A stretch of 64,000 nt of DNA from a virus. Below, piece after piece: positions 36,515 through 46,164 of the stretch. Both the position numbers and the translations under genes were made by a program. Every line of letters starts with the position of its first letter. Position 1 is the first letter of the stretch. The stretch lies in the IMG/VR virus record IMGVR_UViG_3300005096_000005, positions 106,139-170,138 of that record. The stretch is one strand, 5' to 3'. The notes under the pieces are model-generated. The model did not search any database and had not been told where the DNA came from. It was given only the letters and a program-made list of their open reading frames with translations.

Positions 36515-38041
36515 TTAACTGTTCATGTCGCCATGCAGTTGTTGTGCCCACTGACAATTGGCGAGAAGATCTCTTGCTTTTTGGTGGACCAGGTTTGTGA
36601 ATGCCGGAGCCTCTTTTGTCTGAGCAAACAGAAAGGACGACCGCCGGGTTCCGCGTCCCCCTCTGACCCATACCGGCGCAAAACTTGACCCCTTCTGCGC
36701 AGTCCTCGCCCATACCCACGTGTGGACATACGCATGAACGGAAGCCCACAGGACCGCATACTTCTGGCCGAGTTTCGCCACCTGGCTCCACAACCAGGAA
36801 TTCTGCTCCCCGGCTTCTATAACCTTGGTCCAGAGCCATGAGAAGTTTTTGCCCAAGGCCCTTACACCTGTAAACAACCACGCATTGTTTTCATCTCCCA
36901 ATACAGCCTTCGCCCATAAGACCACTCTTTCAGCACCTTCGAGGAATACTCTGACCCAAAGAGGTGCATGTTGTTTCTCATACCCCAAAACCCTTACGAA
37001 CAGAGTCATAAAGTCCGGCTTAGGGATAACAACCAGCATCTCGTTACTGACCCTCTCTCGATTACCGGCCGTATCTACTACCACGATCTTAATGTAGTTT
37101 GTCGAACCCTGAGCCAGTCCTATAGCTGTTATCTGGGTTGTCGTCCATGTAGTCACATCCTGAAACCATGTACTTCCCGGAAGACCCTGGGCGACTGGGG
37201 TGAAGTCGGGCGTAGATGACACGTGAACTTCATAATGGTCAAACGTAGGCTCGCCAAGCGCACCCTTGAATGGTGGGAGAGCCTGTGCTCCGCTATCGTA
37301 TATCTTAACATGGTCCACCCTGACAGTGGTTAAACCCGCCAGGTTCTGCAGTTCCATCTTTACATGCCCATTCGTTGTGGGCGGTGCATCGCACTGTGGG
37401 TTAAGATTGGCCCCACCCCAGAACAACATTGGAACTGCGATACCCCAATCCCCTCCGACCGTGTCGTATACTGCAACATACCCAAAGCAGGTCCTGTCCG
37501 GCTCTATGGTGAACCTGAACTTGCATATCTGATTCAGAATGTCCGGCGACGCCGGCCACGCGGCCTGGTCATATACTTTAATCCAGCCTCCCATTACGTC
37601 CGACCAGATATACATGTTATCCTGTTTGATATACATCTTGAACGTATTGATTGAAGAGGAGTACTCAAAATTGAACTGAGAGTTGCTCCCCATATTCCTC
37701 ATGTCAATGACAAACTCGACAGCCTGCCTGGCGCCCGCTCCGATATCGAAGTATGTGGACTCCATGCTTACATCCTGAAACCCGGAGCAAGCCATCTCTA
37801 ATACGTTATCGTCATGCGTCCAGTCTTCGGCAGTCCCATACGTAAAGATACTGGCGGAACCGCCTCCTGATATCGCCCAACTCGCCGTCAGCAAATCTGT
37901 CAGAAAGTCGTGCTTGTATGCGTTGGCGGGAGGCGTAACGCCTGTAGATATATAAGGAATCCAGCGCAAGTCCACCGTTCCGTTAACGGGGTTCGCATTG
38001 AATCCTCCCAGGAATGTTACACGTTCGTGCCTTATTAACAT
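36515..38041 (-). CDS. Virion protein: lectin-like plus FN3 plus C-terminal Trp repeats (508 aa)
   Basis: VDHVKIYD; DHYEVHVSSTPDF...GLAQGSTNYIKIVVVDTAGN (FN3); about ten L[W/F] repeats. Confidence 0.65.
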   Translation of the reverse strand: MLIRHERVTFLGGFNANPVNGTVDLRWIPYISTGVTPPANAYKHDFLTDLLTASWAISGGGSASIFTYGTAEDWTHDDNVLEMACSGFQDVSMESTYFDIGAGARQAVEFVIDMRNMGSNSQFNFEYSSSINTFKMYIKQDNMYIWSDVMGGWIKVYDQAAWPASPDILNQICKFRFTIEPDRTCFGYVAVYDTVGGDWGIAVPMLFWGGANLNPQCDAPPTTNGHVKMELQNLAGLTTVRVDHVKIYDSGAQALPPFKGALGEPTFDHYEVHVSSTPDFTPVAQGLPGSTWFQDVTTWTTTQITAIGLAQGSTNYIKIVVVDTAGNRERVSNEMLVVIPKPDFMTLFVRVLGYEKQHAPLWVRVFLEGAERVVLWAKAVLGDENNAWLFTGVRALGKNFSWLWTKVIEAGEQNSWLWSQVAKLGQKYAVLWASVHAYVHTWVWARTAQKGSSFAPVWVRGGRGTRRSSFLFAQTKEAPAFTNLVHQKARDLLANCQWAQQLHGDMNS

Positions 38042-38508
38042 TAGCTGTCGCGCTCCCTAATTACTCTTGGATTGAAGTATCCGAATAACTGAATTCTGGC
38101 CGCCTCTCCACCGACCGCCGGTGGCGCACCCATCCCTCCACCCCCATTGTCGAACTCGAACTTCATAATCGATTCTTTCACAATATTGGCCCCAATGGCC
38201 AGGGGCATAGACACCGGTACCTTCGTCAGGGCCGAACCATAGATCACTTTGTATCCTGCTCTGAGCGGTGAGCCTGACGCATTCAGGTTAATCTGCAACT
38301 TCCAGTAGAAGTCGAAGTTCGACGTTACCACGATCTGAACCAGTTTAAAAGAATCCTCGAACACCTCCGACGGGTCAGCTGGATTCGGAAATATAATACC
38401 GCTTGACAGCTGACTGTATGTTGCGGGAAGATCAGGCTCCAGGACAACATCCCAATGCCCGTCCCGAATAACTCCCTGCATGTGTGATCTCGGTTTTTGC
38501 CCTCTCAT
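38041..38508 (-). CDS. Hypothetical virion protein (155 aa)
   Basis: SD AAGGAGG; TAATG coupling downstream. Confidence 0.65.
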   Translation of the reverse strand: MRGQKPRSHMQGVIRDGHWDVVLEPDLPATYSQLSSGIIFPNPADPSEVFEDSFKLVQIVVTSNFDFYWKLQINLNASGSPLRAGYKVIYGSALTKVPVSMPLAIGANIVKESIMKFEFDNGGGGMGAPPAVGGEAARIQLFGYFNPRVIRERDS

Positions 38509-38520
38509 AACTGCGCCTCC

Positions 38521-38994
38521 TTACTTTCGCTCTTCATAGAGCACAATAACAATACTCTGGTCGTGAAGAACCTCTGTCGGATCGATAACGTCAATCTCGG
38601 TAGGGTTCGCCACAAAGTTTTGTACGGTATAGTCGTCTGTTGCACCTTTTGCCTTAAGCAGCCCATCGATGAATAGCAGCTCATTCCTGGTCGGATTCGC
38701 ATTGGGCAGAGTAATCTTACCAGACGTTCCAAGAACTGCCAGACCTGTTGTTTTGAATGTTTGCTGTTCTCCCCAATGAATGTGGCGACTCGAATCTTCC
38801 ACATGCTTCTGCAGATTCGGATTAGGATCAACAGCATTGGGCGCTATCGTCACCTGCGCCGCCGTAACAGCATGCGGATTGGTTACGTCATTCATGTGGT
38901 CGTACATGGCGGAATAGCCGAGCCACCACAAATTCTCGTAGTAGTCCCACTTCTTCAGAAACTGATGTCCAGGTACGACTTCTTCAATTATCAT
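38521..38994 (-). CDS. Small fibre-like protein (157 aa)
   Basis: HMNDVTNPHAVTAAQV and HVEDSSRHIH trimer-shaft motifs; LFIDGLL...DDY domain. Confidence 0.65.
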   Translation of the reverse strand: MIIEEVVPGHQFLKKWDYYENLWWLGYSAMYDHMNDVTNPHAVTAAQVTIAPNAVDPNPNLQKHVEDSSRHIHWGEQQTFKTTGLAVLGTSGKITLPNANPTRNELLFIDGLLKAKGATDDYTVQNFVANPTEIDVIDPTEVLHDQSIVIVLYEERK

Positions 38995-40730
38995 TCTGTG
39001 CTCCCGAGCATCAGGCCGTAAGAATATACACTCTCACTTCCCGTGATTGTCAGTTCTATGATAACTTCCCGACCCTCGTCCGGCACCATATCTATAGCCT
39101 TATCGAAGTCCGTCGAAGTGATCGTTTTCCATGCCACCCCACCGTTTACAGTCACTCTGGCAGATACCGCGGCAGGGTCTGACGCTTCAACGTGCAACAT
39201 CACATACTCGACATCGTACATGGCTGCTGTATAAGAATAGGTGCGGGTAGTATAAACACCCGGTCCCTTGAGCTGGTGGTCCTCGATAACTGCACCAGCC
39301 AGGCTTCCTCCGGCCTGGATCGCTATATCGTCCTTGAACACATCCAGAATGAGCCCACGATACCACATGCTTGAAAAGAACCAGTCACGGTACCATGTCT
39401 CCTCCTGGTGCGACTTCATGTCCCTTCCCGCAAACGCCGAAGTTGCCGGAAACGCCGGAGGGTTCGCTCCATCCAGATTCCACGGATCGCCCAGTACCGT
39501 CTCCATAATATTCCTGATATTACTCAGGTCATTGTTTAGATGGGCTGGAGTTGCATACCAGGAAGAGTCTATCGGACCGGTCGCTACATCAGTCTGTTCA
39601 ATGGACCCTTCAGGCAAAGACACTGTCCCTGTTACGACAAGATCCGTCGCTGTCAGGGCCGTTATAGCCGCGGAGTCCGATACCAGATTAGTAAACAGAG
39701 CGTCCGTAGCCTGTATTGCGTCTGTAATGACCGCTTCGAGCGGTACAGTACCGCCCAGGACCGCTCCTGCGCCACCCCAGGCTGTGATTAACGGAAACAA
39801 CATCGCAGCGTCCAGCTTGGTCGGCATAACGCTTTCCATAATTGCCAGACGCGCCTCGATTCCGGATACATCCGACTGAATGCCGGGGATCAGAGCCTGT
39901 AGGTTACTGATGTCGACGGCAATGACGGCAAGGCTCGCTGCATTATTGTTTATCTTCTCGGACATGAACGGATGTGCTGCTGTGTCCCACACATGTCGAG
40001 CCCACAATTCCTGTGTCGCCATTCCCAGCGAAACCAGTTCCTGGGTTGTGAGGTTATGCGCTACCGTAGCAGTAGCATCGTCATGGACCCTGAAGTCCAC
40101 CTGCATCTGCTCAAGAACCTCCGACAGAACCTCTCCCGCCATCCTGATTACGGAAGCATCCAACTCCCCTACATGGTCTTCCAGCATGTGGAACATTGGA
40201 TGGTGATCGTCTTTGTCTATAAGGTCCAGGTCTATATGCCGTATCTTTCTGGTCTGCACCCCTTCGTGCCTGTGTCCTGCTGTCGGATGCCATTGAATGA
40301 TGAGCTCCTGAAGTGCGCCAACGTGGTCAGGACCGGTAAGCATGTGCAGTCTTTTATGATGGTCATTCTCTCCAACATTCCAGAGCGTCTGGTGGTCAAT
40401 AAGTTTACCGAACGCACCACCTGCATGTGTATGGCCGTCTATCCAATCCATCTGAACGGCAGCCTCCGGGAGAGTGAATCCATCAGGCAGAGCTATCGCC
40501 AGGAACTCCTCCTGGCCGCTCATAATAGCGTCAATACGATCCGTTATGACCGCATCGGAATCCCGAAGTGCGGCAAACTCGTCGGCCAGGCTTTGCTCCA
40601 CGCTGATGTCAACGACCTCCATCAGTCGCATCAAAGACTGGTCAATCTGCTCGTTGCGCTGCTGCTCATCCGCACTGACGACCAGCTCGTATAGAGAACT
40701 CCCTCTGTCTTTAACAACCTTCTGTGACAT
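38991..40730 (-). CDS. His-rich coiled-coil fibre protein (579 aa)
   Basis: Duplicated GHxH...DHH..HML..HVG unit and heptad regions. Confidence 0.65.
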   Translation of the reverse strand: MSQKVVKDRGSSLYELVVSADEQQRNEQIDQSLMRLMEVVDISVEQSLADEFAALRDSDAVITDRIDAIMSGQEEFLAIALPDGFTLPEAAVQMDWIDGHTHAGGAFGKLIDHQTLWNVGENDHHKRLHMLTGPDHVGALQELIIQWHPTAGHRHEGVQTRKIRHIDLDLIDKDDHHPMFHMLEDHVGELDASVIRMAGEVLSEVLEQMQVDFRVHDDATATVAHNLTTQELVSLGMATQELWARHVWDTAAHPFMSEKINNNAASLAVIAVDISNLQALIPGIQSDVSGIEARLAIMESVMPTKLDAAMLFPLITAWGGAGAVLGGTVPLEAVITDAIQATDALFTNLVSDSAAITALTATDLVVTGTVSLPEGSIEQTDVATGPIDSSWYATPAHLNNDLSNIRNIMETVLGDPWNLDGANPPAFPATSAFAGRDMKSHQEETWYRDWFFSSMWYRGLILDVFKDDIAIQAGGSLAGAVIEDHQLKGPGVYTTRTYSYTAAMYDVEYVMLHVEASDPAAVSARVTVNGGVAWKTITSTDFDKAIDMVPDEGREVIIELTITGSESVYSYGLMLGSTE

Positions 40731-40738
40731 GACTCCCC

Positions 40739-41413
40739 TTAATATATAGGTCTGTTTGATTGAAGTGACGAACCTGAACTGCTCGCCGCCATACCGCCAA
40801 GAAGTGCCATCCCAAGCCCGACACTAGTGCCAATAACACCGCCCCACTTGAGTCGTTTTCCAAGCGCTGCAGCCTCCTCACCAAAGTGTTCTGTGATAAC
40901 ATTCTTGACACCAGACACTTGAGCAGCGTATCTGCGCGCCCCAGGGATTCGAGATACAATACTACCGGTTCGGCCTCCTATTGTGGCTTCCAGAACTTCC
41001 TCCGCCGGCATCGCGTATGCGCCACGAACGCCGCGCCGTCCGGTCATCAAGGTTTCAGCAGTACTTACACCTTTCTGGTACGACACACGTACCGCATCTG
41101 CCCCACCTGGAGCTATAACTTTTGCCGCTACAGGAAACAAAGCAGAGCCAGCCCCGAGGGTTGCGCCAGCCATACCTCCTGTTATTGCCGAATGGAACAC
41201 ACGACTTGGTGTGCTGCTGTATGGGTCAGTGGCTGCGTTATATACTCCAGATGCAGCTCCCGAAACACCCGCACCAGTAAACAATGCACCGGCTGCTGTC
41301 GCGGCGTACCTGACAAAAGGGTTGACAGGTCTTTCGATGCTGGGAGCAAAACTTTGAAACATAGCACTACCGCCAGCTAACAAACCTCCTCCATAAAGTA
41401 AAGTATCAATCAT
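40739..41413 (-). CDS. Gly/Ala-rich protein with glycine-zipper hydrophobic segments (224 aa)
   Basis: GxxxG-rich hydrophobic stretches; TAATG-coupled. Confidence 0.6.
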   Translation of the reverse strand: MIDTLLYGGGLLAGGSAMFQSFAPSIERPVNPFVRYAATAAGALFTGAGVSGAASGVYNAATDPYSSTPSRVFHSAITGGMAGATLGAGSALFPVAAKVIAPGGADAVRVSYQKGVSTAETLMTGRRGVRGAYAMPAEEVLEATIGGRTGSIVSRIPGARRYAAQVSGVKNVITEHFGEEAAALGKRLKWGGVIGTSVGLGMALLGGMAASSSGSSLQSNRPIY

Positions 41414-42969
41414 TACGGGCTCACCTCCACATTAAACAGCACCGTGAACCATTCCATCCGCGGTGTTCTGTCCGAACTCTCGGACATCATCTCAACCTTA
41501 ACCCGAATATGTGCCCCAGGGTTGATGGGGACATCCACTGTCTGAATATCATCTTCGGGATCATACGCAAAATCTGCTGTCATGTACGTAGCGCCACCAT
41601 CTGAAGATAGCCTGATCCGTATCTGGGTATCATCCTCAACCTCAAATCGCGACCTCATCTGAACGTCTTTGATGTTTCCAGGCGCCTCTATCTCAAACGT
41701 AGACCCTATCCACTCGCCTACAGGGTAAGGTTCACGACGCGCCAAACGAAGCTGACTGATGCGAGTGTCTGTGTAGAGATTGTCCTGCCCACTCACACGC
41801 TCCGTGAGGTCCAGGAAGTGTTTTCCAAAACCATAACGTCTCGCACTGAGGTGTTGGATGTCACGGAACAGATTCTCATACCATGCGGCAGTCATAGAAC
41901 CACTACCTCCTATAGATACGGGGGCGCTCCCTCCGTTCGGAATGATGACGAGAATATTGGGCTGTTCTGGGTCTACATAGGCGTCATCAATCCCAACGGC
42001 CCCTGGCGATGTCGTATTCGGGTCAGACTGCTGCACCTTATGCCCTGTTATCTGTATGTTGTTGATGTCGATAGAGTCCGGGTCTATCTGTTTGTTGTAT
42101 ATCGCCTTGATGTATTCCGGCTCCTGGTCCAAATCCATATCAGCAGGTTCCACAGCGATAAGCCTGAACGGCTCATTGCCTGTCAGGAGCTCGTAAGCCC
42201 CCTGGCCCGGTTCGAATTCCCTTTCCGGCAAGTATGGAACTTCCTGTCCCGGCTCAAGAATATAAAACGAGTGCAGCAAGGACCAGGCACTCCATCTCTC
42301 GTCGATGTACGTACGCATCTTCCAGTAGTACTGCTTGCCAGTCTCAAACGGCACGTCCGGTGAGAACTCCGTCTGATCGCCGGGAATGTCCAGAGGAAAC
42401 GTCTGAGACCAACCCGGAGGTAAGTATAGCGGATCCATCAATTCTGAAGTTCCTACCATAATCTCATACTTATCCGCTCCAGCAATAGCCGTCCAGCGAA
42501 AGGTGGGTCTAACTTCAGTTATCGACGAATACTCGACAGGAAGCTCTATAACGGGCGGAAGAGCACTCACCGACCCGGTCGAGAATGCAAACACTTCATT
42601 ATGGCCCATCGCATTCCCTACAACATTCTTAATAACACTGTTCGTACCACCCGTGAACGGGTGCGAGAGACCGACCAGAGTTATCTGGTACTGCGTTTCC
42701 GGTTGTAGGGGTTCTGATGGGGTGAAGATACCTACGAAGTCGCCATCCTGAATACCAAACTTCGGATTCGGAAGCGCCTCATAGCGAACCGAACCCGCTA
42801 TCGGCGTGATAGCGTTTCGAGCCACAATAAACGTACCCGTATGCAGAGTCGCTGCATCGATCGCCTGCGAGAAGAATACTTTAATCTCCGTCGTCAGAGG
42901 GACCTTTGATTGCGAGTCTTCGGGGGACGTTTTGAGGACTTTAATGTCTTCAGTTACCCCAAAAACCAT
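41413..42969 (-). CDS. Ig-like (Big_5/SbsA) plus FN3 virion protein (518 aa)
   Basis: TSPEDSQSKVPLTTEIKVFFSQAID...FTPSEPLQPETQYQITL; PTFRW...YYWKMRT...SAWS. Confidence 0.75.
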   Translation of the reverse strand: MVFGVTEDIKVLKTSPEDSQSKVPLTTEIKVFFSQAIDAATLHTGTFIVARNAITPIAGSVRYEALPNPKFGIQDGDFVGIFTPSEPLQPETQYQITLVGLSHPFTGGTNSVIKNVVGNAMGHNEVFAFSTGSVSALPPVIELPVEYSSITEVRPTFRWTAIAGADKYEIMVGTSELMDPLYLPPGWSQTFPLDIPGDQTEFSPDVPFETGKQYYWKMRTYIDERWSAWSLLHSFYILEPGQEVPYLPEREFEPGQGAYELLTGNEPFRLIAVEPADMDLDQEPEYIKAIYNKQIDPDSIDINNIQITGHKVQQSDPNTTSPGAVGIDDAYVDPEQPNILVIIPNGGSAPVSIGGSGSMTAAWYENLFRDIQHLSARRYGFGKHFLDLTERVSGQDNLYTDTRISQLRLARREPYPVGEWIGSTFEIEAPGNIKDVQMRSRFEVEDDTQIRIRLSSDGGATYMTADFAYDPEDDIQTVDVPINPGAHIRVKVEMMSESSDRTPRMEWFTVLFNVEVSP

Positions 42970-42972
42970 ATG

Positions 42973-43440
42973 TTATCCCTCTTGTGCCAGTTTGTCGTCT
43001 ACCGTCGCGAGCTCCTCATCTGTAGCGTGCTTGACACACACCGACAAGTACTTCAGCGCCTTGTTCTTGCATTGCTTTCCGCTGGCTGTTTCTGCGGTAC
43101 ACTGTTTCTTGGTTGTTGGCCGCTTTACCTTCTTCGGCCTCTCTATAACCTCCGGGACGCCATCTGCATCTTTGTCCTCAGTGGTAAACTTGCCCTCTTC
43201 GTCGCGCCATATCGGAGAGCCTTCCTCAAATGTTTCAGGTGGAATCTCCTGCTCAGCGGACACCTTGTCTTCGTCTATGACGGATATGATACCTGCCTGC
43301 ACACCCCAGCTCAAAGTGTTGCTCCAATCCTTCTCCTCCACCTCGGCATCGGGCGTGTAGCGGTCTACTCTCACTGGCGGAGTGGCGCATTCGAACTGAT
43401 GTTTTCCTTCATTCAGTCTGATCTTTATATTCTTACCCAT
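42973..43440 (-). CDS. Small capsid-associated protein with C-terminal CCCH zinc-finger-like motif
   Basis: CTAETASGKQCKNKA...CVKH; SD GGAGG; directly after the MCP gene. Confidence 0.65.
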   Translation of the reverse strand: MGKNIKIRLNEGKHQFECATPPVRVDRYTPDAEVEEKDWSNTLSWGVQAGIISVIDEDKVSAEQEIPPETFEEGSPIWRDEEGKFTTEDKDADGVPEVIERPKKVKRPTTKKQCTAETASGKQCKNKALKYLSVCVKHATDEELATVDDKLAQEG

Positions 43441-43451
43441 GCTGCCCTCCG

Positions 43452-43492
43452 ATATAAAGGGAGTCCGGGGGAGGCACTGCTCCCCCGGTCCC
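43452..43492 (-). terminator. Intrinsic terminator/attenuator after major capsid gene
   Basis: CCGGGGGAG-CAGTGC-CTCCCCCGG stem, extendable by 4 bp, then TTTATAT. Confidence 0.7.
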
Positions 43493-43515
43493 AGTTACTT
43501 GTCACACTGCGGCAA

Positions 43516-44727
43516 TTATCCGCTGACATTGTATACGAACTGAACCGTCGGATCGTAAGACACGTCGGCACGGATGTTCTTGGCCACAATAATGGCGCGT
43601 CCTTTGTTAAGGATGCCCCAACCCTTTCGGGCTTTGGTTTTGATGTTGCGGATGTCCTGAGATGGCTCGCGCCACTCGTCGGACATAATATCTTCCTTAA
43701 CGAGTTCCACGCCCACTTCGCTGCGGTCGGTGACATAGAGATCGCCGGCCTTTTTCTGCTTGTTGAAGTGTACGCGAGGGCTGAGGATTGGCTGAATCGC
43801 AAACGGCAAAGCCGCGGCGATAGCCTGTTCACCCAGTGGAACATTGGAAGGATTCCAGCGCTGCGGAACATTGCCCAGACCGCCGAAGAAGATGGTCTTC
43901 GCATAGGAAGGCCAATACAGCGGATGCATCAGGACATTGGTCGGGGTGAATTCGTGAGCCATAAGGGTCGCGATCATCTCGATCCAGTCCATGGTGCTCA
44001 GGGTGTCGTTGAGTGCCAGAGACGGTCCTACCGGACCACCTGCGGGCGCTGAACCTGGCGGGACAGACGGGTCGAACCCGTATCCTGTCGGGTGAGCGTC
44101 ACTGGTTTCCGGCAGTGCGCCGTCGAAGCGGACGTGAGCGTGCATATGGAAGGCGTTGGCGCGTTTCTGCTCCTCCCACCTTGCCATAGCGCGTCCGGCG
44201 CCGCGTGTGAGGATGCCGATAACATCCCACAGTGAATCCTGAATGGCCTCGTCGGTGGCACCGAACATGAGACCATACTTGCCAACCTTGATCTCCAGCG
44301 ACTTGTGGAGGCCGAAGTCAACGATGGCTTTGGGGTAAGGCTGGCCTTCTGCGATATCGTTCGCGGTCATTGCTGACACGCTGGGGAACTCAATCGCGTT
44401 TCCGGCCGTGAGCCGAATAATCTGGAAGAACTGCTTGAAGATCAGCACAGGCTCCGCTGCTTCGCGAAGCGTGCCTTGAATGACCCGTGGCATGAGCACG
44501 GAGGCATCGTCGCTCGTCAGGAACTCCTCCAGGGAGATCCTTTCGTTAGCGCGTGAATCCAGATTGTACTCGGCGAGTGTGGAGAAGACCTTGGAGTTCA
44601 GCGGGATGGCTTTCTCTTGCTTCTCCATCTCGATGAGGAATTCAGACACCTTGGACACATTCTCGATCTTGCGCCCGTCAGGTCGTTTTCCTTCCTCGAT
44701 CATCTCTTTGAGCGAGAGCTTTAACAT
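43516..44727 (-). CDS. Major capsid protein (HK97 fold)
   Basis: LMPRVIQGTLREAAEP...IAEGQPYP...KVGKYGLMFGATDEAIQDSLWDVI...LMHPLYW. Position after protease; strongly biased codons; followed by a terminator. Confidence 0.9.
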   Translation of the reverse strand: MLKLSLKEMIEEGKRPDGRKIENVSKVSEFLIEMEKQEKAIPLNSKVFSTLAEYNLDSRANERISLEEFLTSDDASVLMPRVIQGTLREAAEPVLIFKQFFQIIRLTAGNAIEFPSVSAMTANDIAEGQPYPKAIVDFGLHKSLEIKVGKYGLMFGATDEAIQDSLWDVIGILTRGAGRAMARWEEQKRANAFHMHAHVRFDGALPETSDAHPTGYGFDPSVPPGSAPAGGPVGPSLALNDTLSTMDWIEMIATLMAHEFTPTNVLMHPLYWPSYAKTIFFGGLGNVPQRWNPSNVPLGEQAIAAALPFAIQPILSPRVHFNKQKKAGDLYVTDRSEVGVELVKEDIMSDEWREPSQDIRNIKTKARKGWGILNKGRAIIVAKNIRADVSYDPTVQFVYNVSG

Positions 44728-44742
44728 TGAAGGTTCCCTCCC

Positions 44743-46137
44743 TTATCTGAGGTAGAGCTGGAAGCGCGCAACACCGATGCACTTCGCAATGTCAATGTTC
44801 ACGGGGACTCCTGCAACCTGGCCTTTGGCCCGGAAGAAGAGTTCGACCGCCCCGTAATCGATTGTGCGCGGGTTAGTGATAGTGAGAGTCAGAATGCCTT
44901 CGCCGTTATCGTCAACGGCCACTGCCTCTGTTCCGCCGCCACCATCCTGTGCCCGCAGCCAGGCTTGGACATCCAGCGTGGTTCCGTAGGTTGTCCCGTC
45001 GGCCAGAATGTCCGTATTGTCCAGAGTGCCCGCCACTCCGTTGCCTTTAAGGGCCGCACCCACTCCGCCGAAAGCGTAGTAGTACAGCTGGAGGACGATT
45101 GCTCCTGCGGAATTCTGAAGAGCCCCGCCGGTGTTGTCCAGGGTAAACCTGTCCTGCTGCCATGTCTGCCAGTTGGCACCATCCGAAAGATTCGGAATGC
45201 CCATAGCGTCGCGGAACCATGGGTCTTGCAGACGCGGATCGTAGGGATACATTCCTTTGCCGGCGTCATTCGGACCATAGCTGAACAGGGTGTTGGAATT
45301 CGGGTCACGCCAGAACCTGCGGTCCTCGCCATCATAGGCGGCATAGCCGTCGTCGGCGGGGTTGCCAGTCCAGAAGCCTTTACCGAACTCGAATTCGAAG
45401 GGGTTGTCAAACTGCACCCACTCAGCGAGACCGTCAAAGACCGGACCGTCATCAAACTCGAAGATCTGAGCGATTACGATATCATCGTACGGGTCCAGTT
45501 TCTGAGCGGAAGCCGCCAGAGTCGTGTGCTGGAGTTTAACATTGGTGAACCATCCGGGAGCGCGAGTTCCGTCCGCATTGGAATTGGTCGGATCGCTTCC
45601 GCAGATACGCAACACGTCACCGGGCAAAATGCCCTGTGGCGCCACGATAGCGCCCCATACGTGTTCGGCTGCGTCTGCATCATCGTAGCTCTCGAATACT
45701 GGAAGTTCAAAGTATCCGCGAACTGCGATGCCGGGCCTGTTCGCCGAAAGCCTGTCGGCCACGGGTTTGAACAGGTTGAGATAAGACAGGCCCGAAACAT
45801 ACCTGGTCTGTCCTACAGTGGCACTTGCTGGATTGGCGTGAATGTCAGCATAATCCAGAAGACCGGAGTTATTAAAGGCAACCATGTTGCCCTTGGGGAG
45901 CACACACTGGCCCTGGGATGCTGTGTTATTATCCCATGTCCACTTGTACTCCATCTGCTTCGCTGCTACCTGGGGCGCCGGATCGACTTCCAGCCCATGC
46001 ATCGGGATGATGTCGACGTGAGGACCGCGGATCAGCCGGTTATTGGTCCGACCCCGCGTCTTGTCGACATAAGGCTGGGGCATCAATCCACTGGCACCGT
46101 AGACAGGAGCTCGGCCCATTGTAGCTGCTTTTGCCAT
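44743..46137 (-). CDS. Abundant head structural/decoration (cement) protein (464 aa)
   Basis: Between the protease and MCP genes; VLPKGNMVA motif; SD GAGGAGG. Confidence 0.65.
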   Translation of the reverse strand: MAKAATMGRAPVYGASGLMPQPYVDKTRGRTNNRLIRGPHVDIIPMHGLEVDPAPQVAAKQMEYKWTWDNNTASQGQCVLPKGNMVAFNNSGLLDYADIHANPASATVGQTRYVSGLSYLNLFKPVADRLSANRPGIAVRGYFELPVFESYDDADAAEHVWGAIVAPQGILPGDVLRICGSDPTNSNADGTRAPGWFTNVKLQHTTLAASAQKLDPYDDIVIAQIFEFDDGPVFDGLAEWVQFDNPFEFEFGKGFWTGNPADDGYAAYDGEDRRFWRDPNSNTLFSYGPNDAGKGMYPYDPRLQDPWFRDAMGIPNLSDGANWQTWQQDRFTLDNTGGALQNSAGAIVLQLYYYAFGGVGAALKGNGVAGTLDNTDILADGTTYGTTLDVQAWLRAQDGGGGTEAVAVDDNGEGILTLTITNPRTIDYGAVELFFRAKGQVAGVPVNIDIAKCIGVARFQLYLR

Positions 46138-46164
46138 GATACTGCCTCCTCTGTGTCAGAGATA

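Noticed and set aside
38505-38837. 110-aa alternative-frame ORF
   Set aside because: Nested in the 157-aa gene, with no SD and non-protein-like composition.
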